Shown here: positions 27,092 through 39,611 of the stretch, in pieces | Layout: each line of letters starts with the position of its first letter | Numbering within the stretch: position 1 is the stretch's first letter | Source of the DNA: Camelus dromedarius | Taxonomy: Eukaryota | Direction: 5' to 3' | Assembly (NCBI RefSeq): GCF_036321535.1 | Contig: NC_087436.1 | Span: 33,110,001 to 33,174,000, forward strand | DNA length: 64,000 nt | Notes under the pieces: model-generated | The model's input: the letters and a program-made list of their open reading frames with translations, nothing else | Database searches by the model: none | Told to the model about the DNA's origin: nothing | Translations under genes and position numbers: made by a program

Positions 27092-27634
27092 CAAGTTGTC
27101 AAAGATGATAGACAGAATGGGAAACCCACCAAATTTCTGTATACATCATGTATTTCTTTGATGAAGAATGAAAGGGAAAAATAATCAAATTACTGGTCCA
27201 AGAGTTTGCAGGCCAGGCCAACAAAGTGACATTACTGTTCTCCAAGAGGTTCCATATGTAGCAGGAATGGAAGCAGTGACCTAAAGGTGACAGAAGAAGT
27301 AAGAAGAATTTTGAAAATTGTTGTTTGTATATTTGGGGTTTTCATATGTGTGTTGCTCATAATACAGACATTGCTAAGCACAGGTATCTCTGTTTTAATT
27401 TTAATCCTTTTAATATGATTTGATGTGAATATAATCAAAACTTGTCTGAAAATATACAGTGTCTAATTTTCTGTTTTTTAACAACTTCAGAAAATTTCAG
27501 ATGAAAATATCCATGTGCGTATTTTCAAGAAAAATGTAAAGTCATCCAGTGCTGCCCATGGGCAGTTTTGAAAGTATGAAGATAAATAAGGATTTAATTT
27601 TCTCACTGGAATATTTTCCAATTTGATGAACAAG
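27092..27634 (-). pseudogene. Fossil exon: end of one RGS-like box and start of the next
   Basis: Acceptor tttttacttttcag|. One frame gives SLFIKLENIPVRKLNPYLSSYFQN and TIFKILLTSSVTFRSLLPFLLHME (ORF 27232..27438), then SLSFFIKEIHDV. The 3' boundary is uncertain. Confidence 0.6.
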
Positions 27635-28713
27635 CTGAAAAGTAAAAATGACAGCCGTTTAAATGATCTTCCAGAGAAGCTTAAAGGGGCCTCACAGTCT
27701 TATTTTTTCGTAAAGGCAACTCTGTGTGTGTACCCAGGCATAAATACATTTTGTAATTAAAGTTAAGAGTCTTAAAATGTTGCCTTAGACTCAGCCATCC
27801 CATTAGCTGAAAAGAAAAGGGAGAACCAAATCAAGGGCCCTTGGGAAAATTTAAGCAGGGGGCATCATTCACAGCCTCTGGGAGACAAAATCTATTTGTG
27901 TTAAAGTATAAGAATAGATGAGTTATGAGCATAAAAATATCACAAGTGAAAAAAAGAAATCCTAGACTCTAGTAGGGGAAGATGATTGACCTGAAAAAAA
28001 AAATGAGTATACTCAAGTATCACTCATGTTTCTAATAAACTTTTGTTTTTTAAGTTTTTAAGTTGTTTTCAACTTAAAATTGGTGACATAAAAAAAAAAA
28101 AAAAGGTTGGAAATGAAATACCAAATCACCCACATGTGACTCACAACGAATAACACACAGGACAGACGTTTGTCAGCATTAAACAGCTCCCTGGTATTTG
28201 TCATTTAGGTAGTGTGCAATTACCAGTGGAGGGTTTTTGCAAAGTTGAAATATTAAAAGTAATTATAATAATTATAACCACTTCATGGTTACCATAGATA
28301 TGCAAAAACATTTATAAGTTTGAGTGTTACTGTTGAATACTCTCCTCTCCAGAAGATTGATGTATGAATGGATGGATGTGCTCACTTGTTTTGGGAGACA
28401 GCATATTTACAATACTGATTCTCATACCCTTTGGCTAGTGGCTAGTGTTTGTGTGCAGTTGGATGACTTATTCCTGGTCTGTATATAAATAGTGAAACCC
28501 TGGGATAGAATAGTCAAATGCCTGACTGAATCATGTAGGTATTTTCTTTAATGCACCACAAAAACCAAATTGACTAAAAGCATTTCATATAGTTACTTAT
28601 TGTGGTAAATAGGCAGTATTAGCTTCAAATTATACTTAAATTTGTTTTCCATAATTATCTTTTGATTTTGAGTTGCATCAAATAACACAGAAACATGGTC
28701 AGTTTATTTATAC

Positions 28714-28825
28714 CTGAAGGTTTCCTCTGACAATCTGATTTAAAAGTGTCACTTAGGAGATTTTTATTTTATTTTTTTTTGAAACTTCTACTTCCAAAAT
28801 ATATCCATTCAACAATTTTTGAGAC
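28714..28825 (-). pseudogene. Fossil exon: RGS-like helices 5-6
   Basis: Acceptor tttaccctcaag|, donor CAG|GTATAA. Reads SQKLLNGYILEVEVSKK, then a frameshift in an A-tract, then IRLSEETF, joining in phase 2 to SLFIKLE. Confidence 0.55.
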
Positions 28826-29269
28826 CTTGAGGGTAAATGTTATTAGGCACAGTTTTGCTACTTTTGGTATTCTTATAGTTAATTGAAATAGCAAAATAAA
28901 TAGTGAACCATGCTCTTCAAGGCATTTTACACACTATTTCTTGAGATATGTTTTTCTTTTAAACTAGGAAAGCTTATTTTCTTACTTGACATTATAGTTC
29001 TTTTCTTGCTGTTAAATTAATCATGAGATCTTGCAATTATTAAGTGTGCATCAGTGTCTTTTGGGCATTCATGTGTGGAAAAGCTCAACTCAACTTAAAC
29101 AAATGAGCAATAAACAAATAAGCAAACGAAAGAATTAGTTGAAAGGCTGCTTAGGTGCTCCCATAATCAACGGGCTTGCTGGGATTGCTGGAAATCAGAG
29201 CCCTTGGAGGAGGGGCAGGTAACCCGGAGGACTCAGCAGCAGGACCTAGTGGAGCTTCTCTCTGGATCT

Positions 29270-29624
29270 GTAGTCTGAAAACTACAGTCCCGTGCCAAAT
29301 ACCAAACACCAAACACCAATGCCTGTTTTGTGCAGCCTGCAAACTAAGAAGAGGTTTTTTTTTTTTTTTCAAGTTTTGAATGGTTGGAGAAATTAAATGA
29401 ATACTATTTTGTGGCACATAAGAATTATGTGAAATTCAGATTTCAGTGATCATAAATAAAGTTTTACTGAAACACACTCCCACTCATTCATTTATGCATT
29501 GTCTATGGTGGCTTTCGTGCTACAGTGACAGAATTATAGTGACAGAATTGTTTGCAGACAGCTTTTCCTGCAAAGCTGAAAATATTTACTTCTGGGCCTT
29601 AACAGGACAGTTTTGCTGCCCTGT
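29270..29624. mobile_element. MER58B-like hAT fossil nested in an older LTR fragment (about 29040-29880)
   Basis: aaactacagtcccgtgccaaat...aataaagttttactgaaacac...aaaatatttacttctgggcc. Confidence 0.8.
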
Positions 29625-29929
29625 GAACTAGAGAACTGATTTAAGATAACTAGTCTGTAATAATCCTCAATAGTGGTATTTCCACTCATTTCAAATAGCC
29701 AGGAGAAAGAGTCTGATAAACTCAACTAAACCTGGATCAAGTTTCCATACCCTGACCTGTGATCACAGGTGGGAACATTAGTTTATAATTGGACTAGCCT
29801 AGTTTTGTGTGTCTAAAGCAATGGAATCTACAAATAGAAGAGGGACCCACAAGGTAAGCCTCTGGGCAAACAGAAACAGCACTACAACCAAATAATCACT
29901 GCTGTCTTTTCTCTCATCTCCTTATTAAT

Positions 29930-30945
29930 GCAGCTCATATTTCAATAAATCAGTAAGCCCTTACTGTGTATTTTATATGTTCCTTTCACTAGCTCAGGCA
30001 TCAGATAGACATATGAAATAGTTCCTGTATTTGAGGGTCTCATAGTTGTATGAGGAAGACAGTTATTCAGAAACAGAAATGAAATACTATGCAATAAATA
30101 CTACAGAAGAGATATAAACCAAATGAAAGAGGAACAAAAAGAAAGGAAGAAAATGGAATTTACTTTAGAACTCCAAGAATGTTATAAAGAACAGGTGGAA
30201 TGTGAGTTGCATTTTTAAGGATGATGTTCTATTTATTACTGTAAAACAACCTCAAAACTTAGTGGCTTAAAACAACAGTCATTTATTTTAACTCATGCAT
30301 CTGTGTTTTGGGCAGCTCAGACAGTGATTAGAGGACATACTTTCATGTTTATTTAACTTGCTGTCTGGCTAATTAGTGCTGGCTGTTGATTGAGAGGTCC
30401 TTGGGTCTTCCTCAAATGAACCTCTTCACAGGCTGCTTGGGTTTCCTTATAGCACGGTAGCTGGGTTTTAAGTACTAAGGTCCAGAGTAAACAAGGTGGA
30501 GGTACATAGTATTTTTTTGACCTAGCCTTGGATTTCACACTGTGTCCCCTTTGCCCTACTCTGTTGGTTGGAGCAGTCACAAAGTGCTACTCAGTTTGAA
30601 GACAGGACATAGACTTTAAATCTTGATGGGGAAGCTGCAGACTTCTAGAGCATTTGGGGTCTGACATATCTTTACATCAGTCTTTGAAAAATACAATTTG
30701 CCACAGCTTAGAAGAAATTTGAAAAGCTGACAATATCAATAGAAGATGTAGAAATGTACAAAAGCAAGGATTTGTGAAGGGCTTAGCTTATTCAAGGAAC
30801 ATCAAATTGTTTATATATAGATATATAAAAGAAGTAGTGTAGAAGGAAAGAGTAGCTCACTAGAAAGAGACTGTGAAAATAGATCAGAAACAATTGTGAT
30901 GATCTTGTATCTCTTACCATGCCAAAGAATTTGGATTCTATCTTG
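29930..30945 (-). mobile_element. L2 fragment interrupted by an MLT1 LTR
   Basis: L2 3' motifs on both sides of 30225-30705. Confidence 0.6.
30225..30705 (-). mobile_element. MLT1 (MaLR) LTR
   Basis: caaaacttagtggcttaaaacaacagtcatttatt...aaatacaatttgccaca. Confidence 0.85.
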
Positions 30946-30974
30946 GTCAGTTGTTTGGTGGCAGTTAATCCTTG

Positions 30975-31155
30975 GAACATAATCCTTAAAGATGCAGCTC
31001 AAAATTCACCTGTTCTTTATAATGTTCCTGGAGTTCTGCAGGTAAATTCAGTTGTTACTTCCTTTGTTTTTGTTCCTTTAATACCTGAATTATATCTCTC
31101 TTGCAGTATTTTATTTATCCTTTTAAATAACTGTCTTCCTCATGTAACTATAAGA
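30975..31155 (-). repeat. Inverted duplicate of about 30040-30229
   Basis: Core 30167-30229 versus reverse complement of 30975-31037: 54/63 identical and ungapped by manual count. Confidence 0.88.
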
Positions 31156-31361
31156 GCAAACTTTCAGAGATATTTAAATAGTAGGAATATATTTTTAGGT
31201 CTGTTTTATAAGAGATTACCTCCTTTTATGTCTAAGCTATATCTTTCTAGTTAAAAAGATAAACATAATATAAATATAACCATATTTTATAACATGAACT
31301 TTTACTAATGTACTGTACTTATATTGCTATACTATAACTTCATTTTATTATTTTTTTCAAC

Positions 31362-31665
31362 TTAGCACAGGTTGAATGTATGACCAACTTGGAATTTTCT
31401 GTGATAAAATGGAAATATTTCTTGCTAGACACACAAACCACAAATCCCAAACCTGAAATGTCAGATTTTGTAAGTAAAGCATTGTGGCTGTTTGTCACCA
31501 GCTTGGTCTAAGAGTTTGCAGTTTTCAGAAAGACCTGTTATTCTTGCATATCCCTATATTTTGCGAAAATCACTAATATAGCCTTCATGACTTGATTGAT
31601 TATAATTTTGAATTATGTGCCTTTTTTAAACTTAAAATTCTGCTACTTTTTCCCATACCATACAG
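31362..31665 (-). pseudogene. Fossil exon: RGS-like helices 1-4
   Basis: Acceptor ttttactttcaag|. 304 nt, phase 1 to phase 2 without a frameshift: VWYGKK*QNFK...MQE*QVFLKTANS...GLGFVVCVSSKKYF...CAK. The donor is degenerate (GTTGAA). Confidence 0.5.
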
Positions 31666-31698
31666 CTTGAAAGTAAAATTTGAATATTCAAGTATTTT

Positions 31699-32325
31699 TA
31701 GGGTAACCATATTTGTGTTCAGTTGCTGTGTAACGAATTACCACAAACCTAGCTACTTTATTAGTTCATAATTTTGTAGGTCAGAAGTCTGAGCATAGTG
31801 TACTCCAGGTCTTATGAGCCTGAAATAAAGGGGACTAGTACTGTAGTCTTACCTGGTGCTCAGGGATCTCTTCCAAGGTCACATGGTTATGGCAGAATTC
31901 AGTTCCTTGTGGTTATAGGACTGAGGTATCAATGTCCTTATTTGCTGTCGGCCAAGAGCTTAGCTCAGCTCCTAGAGTCTCACTACATTCCTTGTGATGT
32001 GACTCCCTCTGTCTTACAAGGAAGGAACAATCTTCCCTTGTATCAAACCTCTGTCACACTTCAAATCTCTTTTCTTTGAGAAGAGCCCTGTCCCTTTTAA
32101 GGGCTCACTTGATTAAGCTGGGTGCATCCCAGACAGTCAGTCTCTCTTCTATAAAGCCAACTATGTCATGTAACATAATCTAGTCATGAGGGTGAAATCC
32201 ATCATGGGGGACAAGTGTTCAAAACGAAGCACTTTTGAGAATAAAAGGGAACACTGTTACTTTATTAATAATTACACTGAGACAGTAGGTGGAAACAGAG
32301 GCTGTCTTGGGAAGACAGGATCATG
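31699..32325. mobile_element. MER81-like element split by an MLT1 LTR (about 31722-32214)
   Basis: agggtaaccatattt start, resuming at gtgttcaaaacgaagcacttttgagaataaaaggg. GTGTTCA is present on both sides of the MLT. Confidence 0.65.
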
Positions 32326-33489
32326 TTTATACTTAATTATTTCCTTTGCTTTTGTCTTTATTAACTTTAAGTCCACATGTTCATTTTTTAACTTTTCTAT
32401 TTTATTTTCAAATGTGTTTATTATTTATTATTGAAATATTCAAAAATGTGCATGCAACATGTAAGCTATGAAGCATAAGAACTTGAAAACCTTGAATCCA
32501 ACATTCAATTGAAGATTTTGAGCATACCAATCCATTGCATCTGCTTTTGGCCTCCTCCCTTGTTCCGTTACCCCACCCTTCCCATTTGTCCCACCATTAT
32601 CTTCTCGTATGTCTTTGGTTTATAGTCTTACTGTGTTAGCAAGTCAATTTTAACCCAAACTTTCCTTGGCCATCACTGGCTGCTCTCCTAATCTATAAAG
32701 CCAACTAAAATCCTAAAGCACTTTGCATTAATAGTACTGTATTTTTATACTGTAAAAGATGAGCTAAATTCCCCATACTTCCAGAGTCATTTATAAAGAT
32801 TCAAAGTATTAATATCCAGTTCCTCAAGACCTGTCTAGTTTCTAGGATTTTAAACCCACTCTTTTCACAGCCAGTACTGGTTGATTGCAGCCTGTAAGCT
32901 CAGTTCCACTTATGTCATAAGAGGCAATTCTAGCTTTAAAATGAAAGGTCAAAATAGTTTTAGTTCAATTTTGTTAGACTGAGTCTAAAGCTCTTCTGCT
33001 TAGCCATCTCTGACATTTACACGGTTCTCATTTTTGCAACTCTGCCTCATCCTGGCTCACCAAACATTTTCTTATACTCAAATCTTTTCCTAGGTGTATG
33101 CCTTTATGGGACTGGGGTCTTGACTAGCTCATATCATGTCCTTTTCTTATTCTTGAGTACATAGTGTGGAGACCTACTACTCCTGGATACAATATCCAGA
33201 TACTGGCACCTGTCTTTTCGCATTCACGATGTTCTTTGATCCTGGCCTCTCTATGCTCACTGCACTATGAATACTGTACTCTTTTCTTTATTTTTCACAA
33301 TGTGCAGCTTAATCTCTGCCTTCCAGTTCATGTCCACTGACACTGTACATCTATTTTTAGACCCCCTGACTTCTGTAGAGAACAGGACCATGTATGCTGT
33401 GACTTCAGAAATGGGAATAGAATGGGAGCCATATCAAATTATGTGCAATAAAATATTAAATTTTGTATGTTGATAAGATGAGTCAATAC

Positions 33490-33653
33490 CTGTTATATTT
33501 TAAGCACTAGGCTAGACAGTTTTCATCATTGAATTCAATCCATCAGCCCCCTGCCATGATGTCTTCCTTTCAATAAAAATTTCAATCGTTTACATGATTT
33601 TCATAGTAATTTCTTTAATCGAGTTGTAATTTCTCTATCTTCATTGTTTATTC
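33490..33653 (-). pseudogene. Fossil exon
   Basis: Strong acceptor tttatttttctttag|, donor CAG|GTATTG. Reads YNSIKEITMKIM*TIEIFIERKTSW; phase-1 end matches the next exon. Confidence 0.6.
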
Positions 33654-33748
33654 CTAAAGAAAAATAAACTATCTGAGATCTGATTAATAAAATCATCATA
33701 ATGTTCACAATGACTCAAACACTCTCTCAATTCTATAATTAAACTAAC

Positions 33749-33838
33749 TTCTTTTTCAGTTTGAAATTCTGATCTAATATCTCCCTATCTCATATTTGAC
33801 TTATATCAAATGATCAGAACTTGGCAAAATGTTAAGAG

Positions 33839-33878
<40 letters not shown>

Positions 33879-34532
33879 CTGCTATTAACCTTGTATTTTC
33901 TTTGAATTCACATGATATTAATGGCTCCCTTCACAAAGCCCTTGCTAAACAGCTGCTCTGGTGCCCTTTGAAGTGCAGCTTCCTAAAATGCTCTTTGTGG
34001 TCTTCCTTTCCTTCCAGAAATCCCGTAGACTTTCTTACTTTCACTCTTCTTTCCTTTGTTCCATCCTGTAGTCTTGCAAGTGACTAAATAGAGCTACAAA
34101 CATGATTTCTTTACTTTTTCACCTTATTTTGCTCGCTCCCTTTGGCCTCTCTTCCGTCATCATGCTCCACTTCTTTATCTTTAGCCTGTGATTCCTTCCC
34201 TCGATGGTGCTGATTATAGATGATAGTTGAGACTCGCCAGACCCTTGGCAGAAGCCAGGGGGACACAGTTCAGGCTGTGTTTTCCCTAACTCCCACAGGC
34301 CTGTTCCTCCAGATGTTCTCATGTTCTGCCTGTCCCGCCGGTCCGCCTGCCGTGTGCCTCCCTCCACGACACGCTTCACATGCCCTGCCCCCTCGGGGGA
34401 GCTGCCTGCAGGAGTCACTGCAGCAGGTTCTGTAGCCTCTCGGAGTCCTCCTCCTCCCGTGTGAAACCACCCCACCAACCCCTCAGCAGTCTTTGATTGT
34501 GCAGGTGAAAACCCAGTTGATGATGCAGTTAT
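33749..34532 (-). pseudogene. Large fossil exon: GC-rich low-complexity linker followed by an RGS-like box
   Basis: Acceptor tgtacatcag|, open for 137 codons to the stop at 34119. After a frameshift it reads LARAL*REPLISCEFKENTRLIAADIY-(TA)n-ELLTFCQV, resembling the recalled RGS22 pattern AL.NP..S.+F..F+.L..D..EN.L.FWQ+V. Donor AA|GTTAGT. Confidence 0.62.
33842..33875. repeat. (TA)n microsatellite, about 17 units
   Basis: Seen directly. Confidence 0.97.
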
Positions 34533-34910
34533 CTGATGTACAGATACTATTCTTCAAAGACCTTTGCTTACAAAGATGAGGAAATCAGGGGCATGGATAG
34601 AGTGAAAGACTTTGAAACAGTCACAGTTAAGTGTTAGAAGTTGAACTTGTCTTTAGGTCTATTGACTTCTAAGCAAAAAAAAAAAAAATGTAGAACAAAT
34701 TGAGGTGTTAGGAATATCTGCTTTTATCCATGTGTTCTAGTTTATTCTCAGCCCAAAACATTAATTTGTAAACACTTCACTTTCCCATTACTATTTTGGG
34801 CATAAAAATCTTCAGGAAGGTCGTTGTAATTTTCAATGAAAAGATTTCAGTTTTCTTTGAATACCAGACACAGAAGTTTAATACAGAGGACACAGGATTT
34901 GCCTTTATAC

Positions 34911-35332
34911 ATTCTCCTGCTTGGATGTGGATTTTGAGGGAACGTGAAGTTTAACTTTATTCTCTTTGTCAGGTGAATTGCTTAAGAAGGGAGGGTCTGC
35001 TCCCTCTTCATTGTTTCTTTTCACCTAAGAATACTGAATCTGTACCATTAACTGCAAATATCATTTCAGCCACTCTAAACTAATTATATTGTAAAATAAC
35101 TTTAGTATTGTAAAATAACTGTTTACAAGCATATCTCCAAACAGTTTTTACAACTTTGTTTAAGCTGATTTGCAATTCAGGTTAAAATATAGCTGTATAA
35201 CTTCTCTGAAATATAGGGCATAAGACAATAGCCCTGCTGGTTTTGAAGTGAAGATACTAGTTTCCAGGAGTAGTTTTTATTCAGAATGAACCTTCTTGGC
35301 TGTACTCAAAGCCAAAGCAACAGTCTGCATAA
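34911..35332 (-). pseudogene. Fossil exon: RGS-like helices 4-9 plus linker
   Basis: Acceptor tttaatctttag| then LCRLLLWL*VQ (phase 0, continues the previous exon), later ISLEWLK*YLQ, then open linker VKRNNEEG...SKQEN|GTATAA, phase 0. Confidence 0.55.
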
Positions 35333-35558
35333 CTAAAGATTAAATCAAACTAAAAATAGATGTTATGGCCCCTCAAACAACTAAATAACTCAAATGCAAT
35401 CTATTTACTTAAGCTATTTCTGAATGATATGATTCATAATATATGAAAATACATGTAAAATAAGTTTTAAATGAAGGTAAATTTATTTTAAATGTTTTAT
35501 ACAGTATCACACTATGGCAACTAACGTATAAGCTACATTCCAAATAAATAACACTTAC

Positions 35559-36349
35559 GGAGAACCTCCTATGTTCCTGATATTTCTCTAGTGCCGTGTA
35601 CGATGGAGATCACAGCGGTCCCTGAGGGCAGTACTTATAACCTGTGAGGCATTTAAAGCTTAGTTTGAGAAACAAGATGAAAATAATAGAGAGGATGTAT
35701 ATATATGAAATATTACTATTAAATCCAACTTCTTATATCTTATTATGTTCTTCAAGTGATCTTAAGATTTTTTTAAGTTAATACATTCGTGGTGTGACAC
35801 GGTTATGATTCATATATTTATATATTATTTGTGAATGTTCCCCTTGTTTTATATAGGGATACATTTTGTACCCTTTAGAAGGGCTTGAATATTTTTCAGT
35901 AAAGTTCTATTTAGTAACTGAGAAATGGTCCTTGAATTTAGAAAAGCCTTGTAAAATGGACTGAGGACTCATATGACTGGCAAGATTAATGAATCTTCAA
36001 AGAATGACTTCACCAGAATGAGTAAGTCGTATGACATTTATAATGTAAAATTTACTCTTTAAAACTGCAAAATATGTCATGTTTTCTTTACCAAAAGTAC
36101 AAATCCCTCAAGATTAAGGTCCTCTAGTTTAGTACATTTTTTTAAATAGGTATGAATACTCTTCTGTTTTTTTTTTCCTTAGTCTATTTGCATGTGAGAG
36201 ATTCTCTAAAATGTTTTAGTGTGAAAAACATTTTCTCTGAAATTTCTCACACAGCTTCACACCTCCTAGTGTATGAAGCTGTATTTACCCTGAAATTCAT
36301 TTAGCTGTTAAGTTACAGAAGAACCCTGAGGGATGTATTTTGTAATACC
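35559..36349 (-). pseudogene. Fossil exon(s): end of one RGS-like box and start of the next; one exon or two (about 36092-36349 and 35559-35641)
   Basis: Acceptor tttattctaaag| then GITKYIPQGSSV, later RRVFIPI*KNVLN. The 3' part reads TALRDRC / YTALEKYQEHRRFS and ends at TCC|GTAAGT, phase 0. Confidence 0.55.
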
Positions 36350-39061
36350 CTTTAGAATAAATAGACACATATGTAGGATAAATTGCTAAGGTATGAGGAG
36401 AAAGGAATAATAAAAGAGATGCTTAAAGGGATAGGATGATACATTGAGAGGGACATTGAGTGGGGAATTGCGCTATTTTGTATGTATATGTTTTCAGAAT
36501 TGAGAGGGAGACTTTTCTGTAAGCTAGCTTTGTCCAGCTGCTCATGTGATTCCAATTTAAGATGATTTTACTTTAATCGTACCCATTTGAATTTGTTGCT
36601 ATATTTTTCTATCAGGCCTATCTCTAAAAATCATGTTAATAAATGGAAGAATTGATTGTTCATTTTAGGTATGTTTGTAGATGTGATATTAAAAACCAAC
36701 AAAGCAGCAGTTTTGTGCTGTGAATCTACCAATAACTATTAACCAATCAAACCAGTGTGAATGAAAAGTTTATATGCTATTAGAGTTTGAAAGTTGAACT
36801 TTCTGTGATTTGAGATTGGAAGGATAACAAGGGAGTACATAAAAGTCATAGCTTACCATTTTGATGAGTAACATTCAATGAATGATATTTAATTTTGTGT
36901 ATAAAGTGTATTTTAAATGAAATGAACATCAGTTTAGAAAAAGAGAAGTCATACACCTCTTTCTGTCTCCCCAGTACTCACTGCTAACCATTGAAAATTG
37001 AATATTGCTTCAAAGTCTCTTGTGCTATAAGCATTCAGGACACAGGCTTAACATCATGTCAAATTTTAAGTGATTATGTGCCACGCAGTCTGACTGATCC
37101 TCATGGATATTAATTCTGTAAATTAAATTTTCCCTCATCCAAGTAGCCCAATGAGCTTCGCTGACCTTACATCCCTTGGTTCTCTTCTAGGCTTTATGGT
37201 TTAGGTCAAGCGATACCTCCTGGAAGACTCCTAATTCCTAAAGTGTAAATACCCCACTCATGTTTTTATTATAAAAATTGCCGTATTTTACTGAATGTAC
37301 CTGCTTACATATCAAAGTCTCTCCCCTGCAAGATTATAAATTCTAGAGTGGCTACAGGGTGAGGGAGTGAAATAGAAGCAGGGACCAGGTAATTAGTATC
37401 TTAATCGTCTTGTTTTCTCTAGGACCTAAGAGAGAGGTTTCTAAAGGTAAACAAGTCAGGCTGGAGGTATTTCATGATCATCAACGACTCTTACTCCACT
37501 TTAAGCCCTGGGTTTTAATAGTCTGTATTATGATAACTAGTATTTTATCTAATGTAGAAGTAATCCTACTTTCCTCTTCTATCTGTTAAATTTCTTCTAG
37601 TTTTGTTGGTGAGATTATGGTGGTAATCTTCACATGTCATTTATAAACCAGTGTGAAGACCATTGAATTTAAAAATTACTCTCATAATTTACAGATCTTT
37701 TCTAATGTTGTCAAACTTTTAACAAATGAGAGGCTCTACTAAATGTGTATAGATTTTTCTACAATCTCATAGTTCCTCCCCATCCCCCTTAAAAAAAATC
37801 AGTGTCCGTTCCTTAGAATTCTTGGACTGTGGAAGACAGCCCTTCACTTCAAGTGTTTATATACTATTAAGGACTCTGATAACTTTGCCGTAGTTTTAGA
37901 GTTAAACTGGAGCAATATTTGCATACCTTTTTTACACCCTTCAGCCTAGGAGGTTTCTAAAAATGGTTTGGAAACTTGATAGTAATGAGAAAATTGACAG
38001 TCTTTTTTTTTTTTTTTTTTTTCCCATTATCCCCCAGCATAGGAGTGTGAGGGTGGAGGACAGCACACTGAACTCTGTCAGGGAGAAGTCTGTGCCAAAC
38101 AGGCCCTATGTCTTAGCTAAGGTTCCGCTTGGAGAGAGTGTATTTAAACTCCATCCCCGTAATGTCTGGAAATGTTGAGCATCATTGCAGTCTGACACTG
38201 GGTGAAGTAAATGTTTTCTCTAATGCCTAAAGAAACCTTCTTTTATTTAAGGGGACCAGGTGCCTGCTGATGAAGAAGTCTAGGTCCTCCTGTCAGGGAG
38301 TGATCAGAATTCTCCTGGTTTTTTTTTTTTGCTTTTTTTTTTTTTTTTTTTTTGCCATCTTTGTCAGCAGGATCCTATGATTCCCAAGATGAGAAGGCAG
38401 TCAGTCCCTAGAATTTTCTCCTTCTAAAACCCACTTGGTCATAGGTAAATTGATTACTGTAGCTCAGTTGCTCTGTGAATAAAGTACTCCGTCTGTTTTG
38501 ATTCTCAGCCTTCACTCTTCATCTGTCATGCATCATATATTGTTTTTTTCTGCACCATTACCCACAGCGACAGACTAGACAAGACTGTGTCATTGACTGC
38601 AGACCTCATTGCAGCCCCTCCAGAATTGAAAACATATTGCTGATTATTTTGTTTGAAGTTCCTAACCTGTATGCAATCTGTTTAGGGTAAGAAGATTTTG
38701 AAGTTAGCTTTCTGGTTTCATGAACCATGACGAAACTTAATTCCTCAGGCTACTTGAAAGGAAAACCAGATCTTGACCATGTAAAGCTAAGGAAAGTTAG
38801 AAGAAAAAGGAATATAAAGTAAAAGAGTGAAAGGCACACTATTTATCTTAGGAATTAACTCACAGATTTGTGAAAAATAAAGGATACAGTTTTAAAATTA
38901 AACTTAGGTAATATCCTAACTCTTTTCAAAAGAAATTGTCAGAGAGTGAAAACTTGTCTGCTTTTTTCTGCCTTAAAAATAAAAGGTAGAAACACTAAGT
39001 GAAATGAGTAATTTTTTAAAGCTATCATGATGAAATTTATTTATTCAAATATATTTTTTAC

Positions 39062-39263
39062 CTTCAAAGTAGGTGCTTTAGGGTATTATAAGCTTAGTTA
39101 ATTACACTGTCTTTGCTTCTTTACATTGCTTTTTAGATTCTGCTGCATTTTTTCAGGATAATTCCAGTGACAGTAATTATTAGTCTTTTGTGGATTTTAT
39201 ATATTTTTGAAATGGCTTGAAGTCCTTTGGATACATGTTTCATCAACGGGAAACATATATGAG
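39062..39263 (-). pseudogene. Fossil exon: start of first RGS-like box
   Basis: Acceptor tattatccag|, donor AAG|GTAAAA. Removing 1 nt gives SKGLQAFQKYIKSTKD**LLSL, resembling the RGS helix-3 pattern GL.AF..FLKS. Confidence 0.65.
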
Positions 39264-39611
39264 CTGGATAATATACATTTTTGTCCCAGAATGTCACACA
39301 GAAATGATGAAACTGATTTGTGTGTGTTTGTTGCTGATAAAAATTGACTCTAAGATAATGCCAGAAAAAAGCTTAGATACTTACCTTTACATATACTTCC
39401 TTCTATTTTATATTTTACTTACAAACACTGATTTAAAGACCTTTGTAATATATTTCAAATCTATTGAAAGATAACCCACTAACCATCCCATAACCTCATG
39501 GCCTTTCCTGTCTTCTCTTTCTGTACCTAAGCACTCTTTTAGAGAATTTATAGCACTTGAATGTGAAGAATGTTTCCAGATTTGTTTTTAATTCTGTGAC
39601 TTTTTGTGTGT

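Noticed and set aside
27085..27383. Plus-strand exon-like segment encoding a transmembrane helix (KIVVCIFGVFICVLLII)
   Set aside because: Better explained as the antisense shadow of the minus-strand fossil exon, which has a stronger acceptor and phase-compatible neighbours.
30919..31254. 111-aa ORF with an apparent CAG|GTAAAT donor
   Set aside because: Falls in L2-derived sequence and the inverted-duplicate arm.
34140..34480. Processed pseudogene or TOP-like 5' UTR on the plus strand
   Set aside because: No poly(A) tail, TSD or recognisable product; the minus-strand frame is continuous with the flanking fossil exons.
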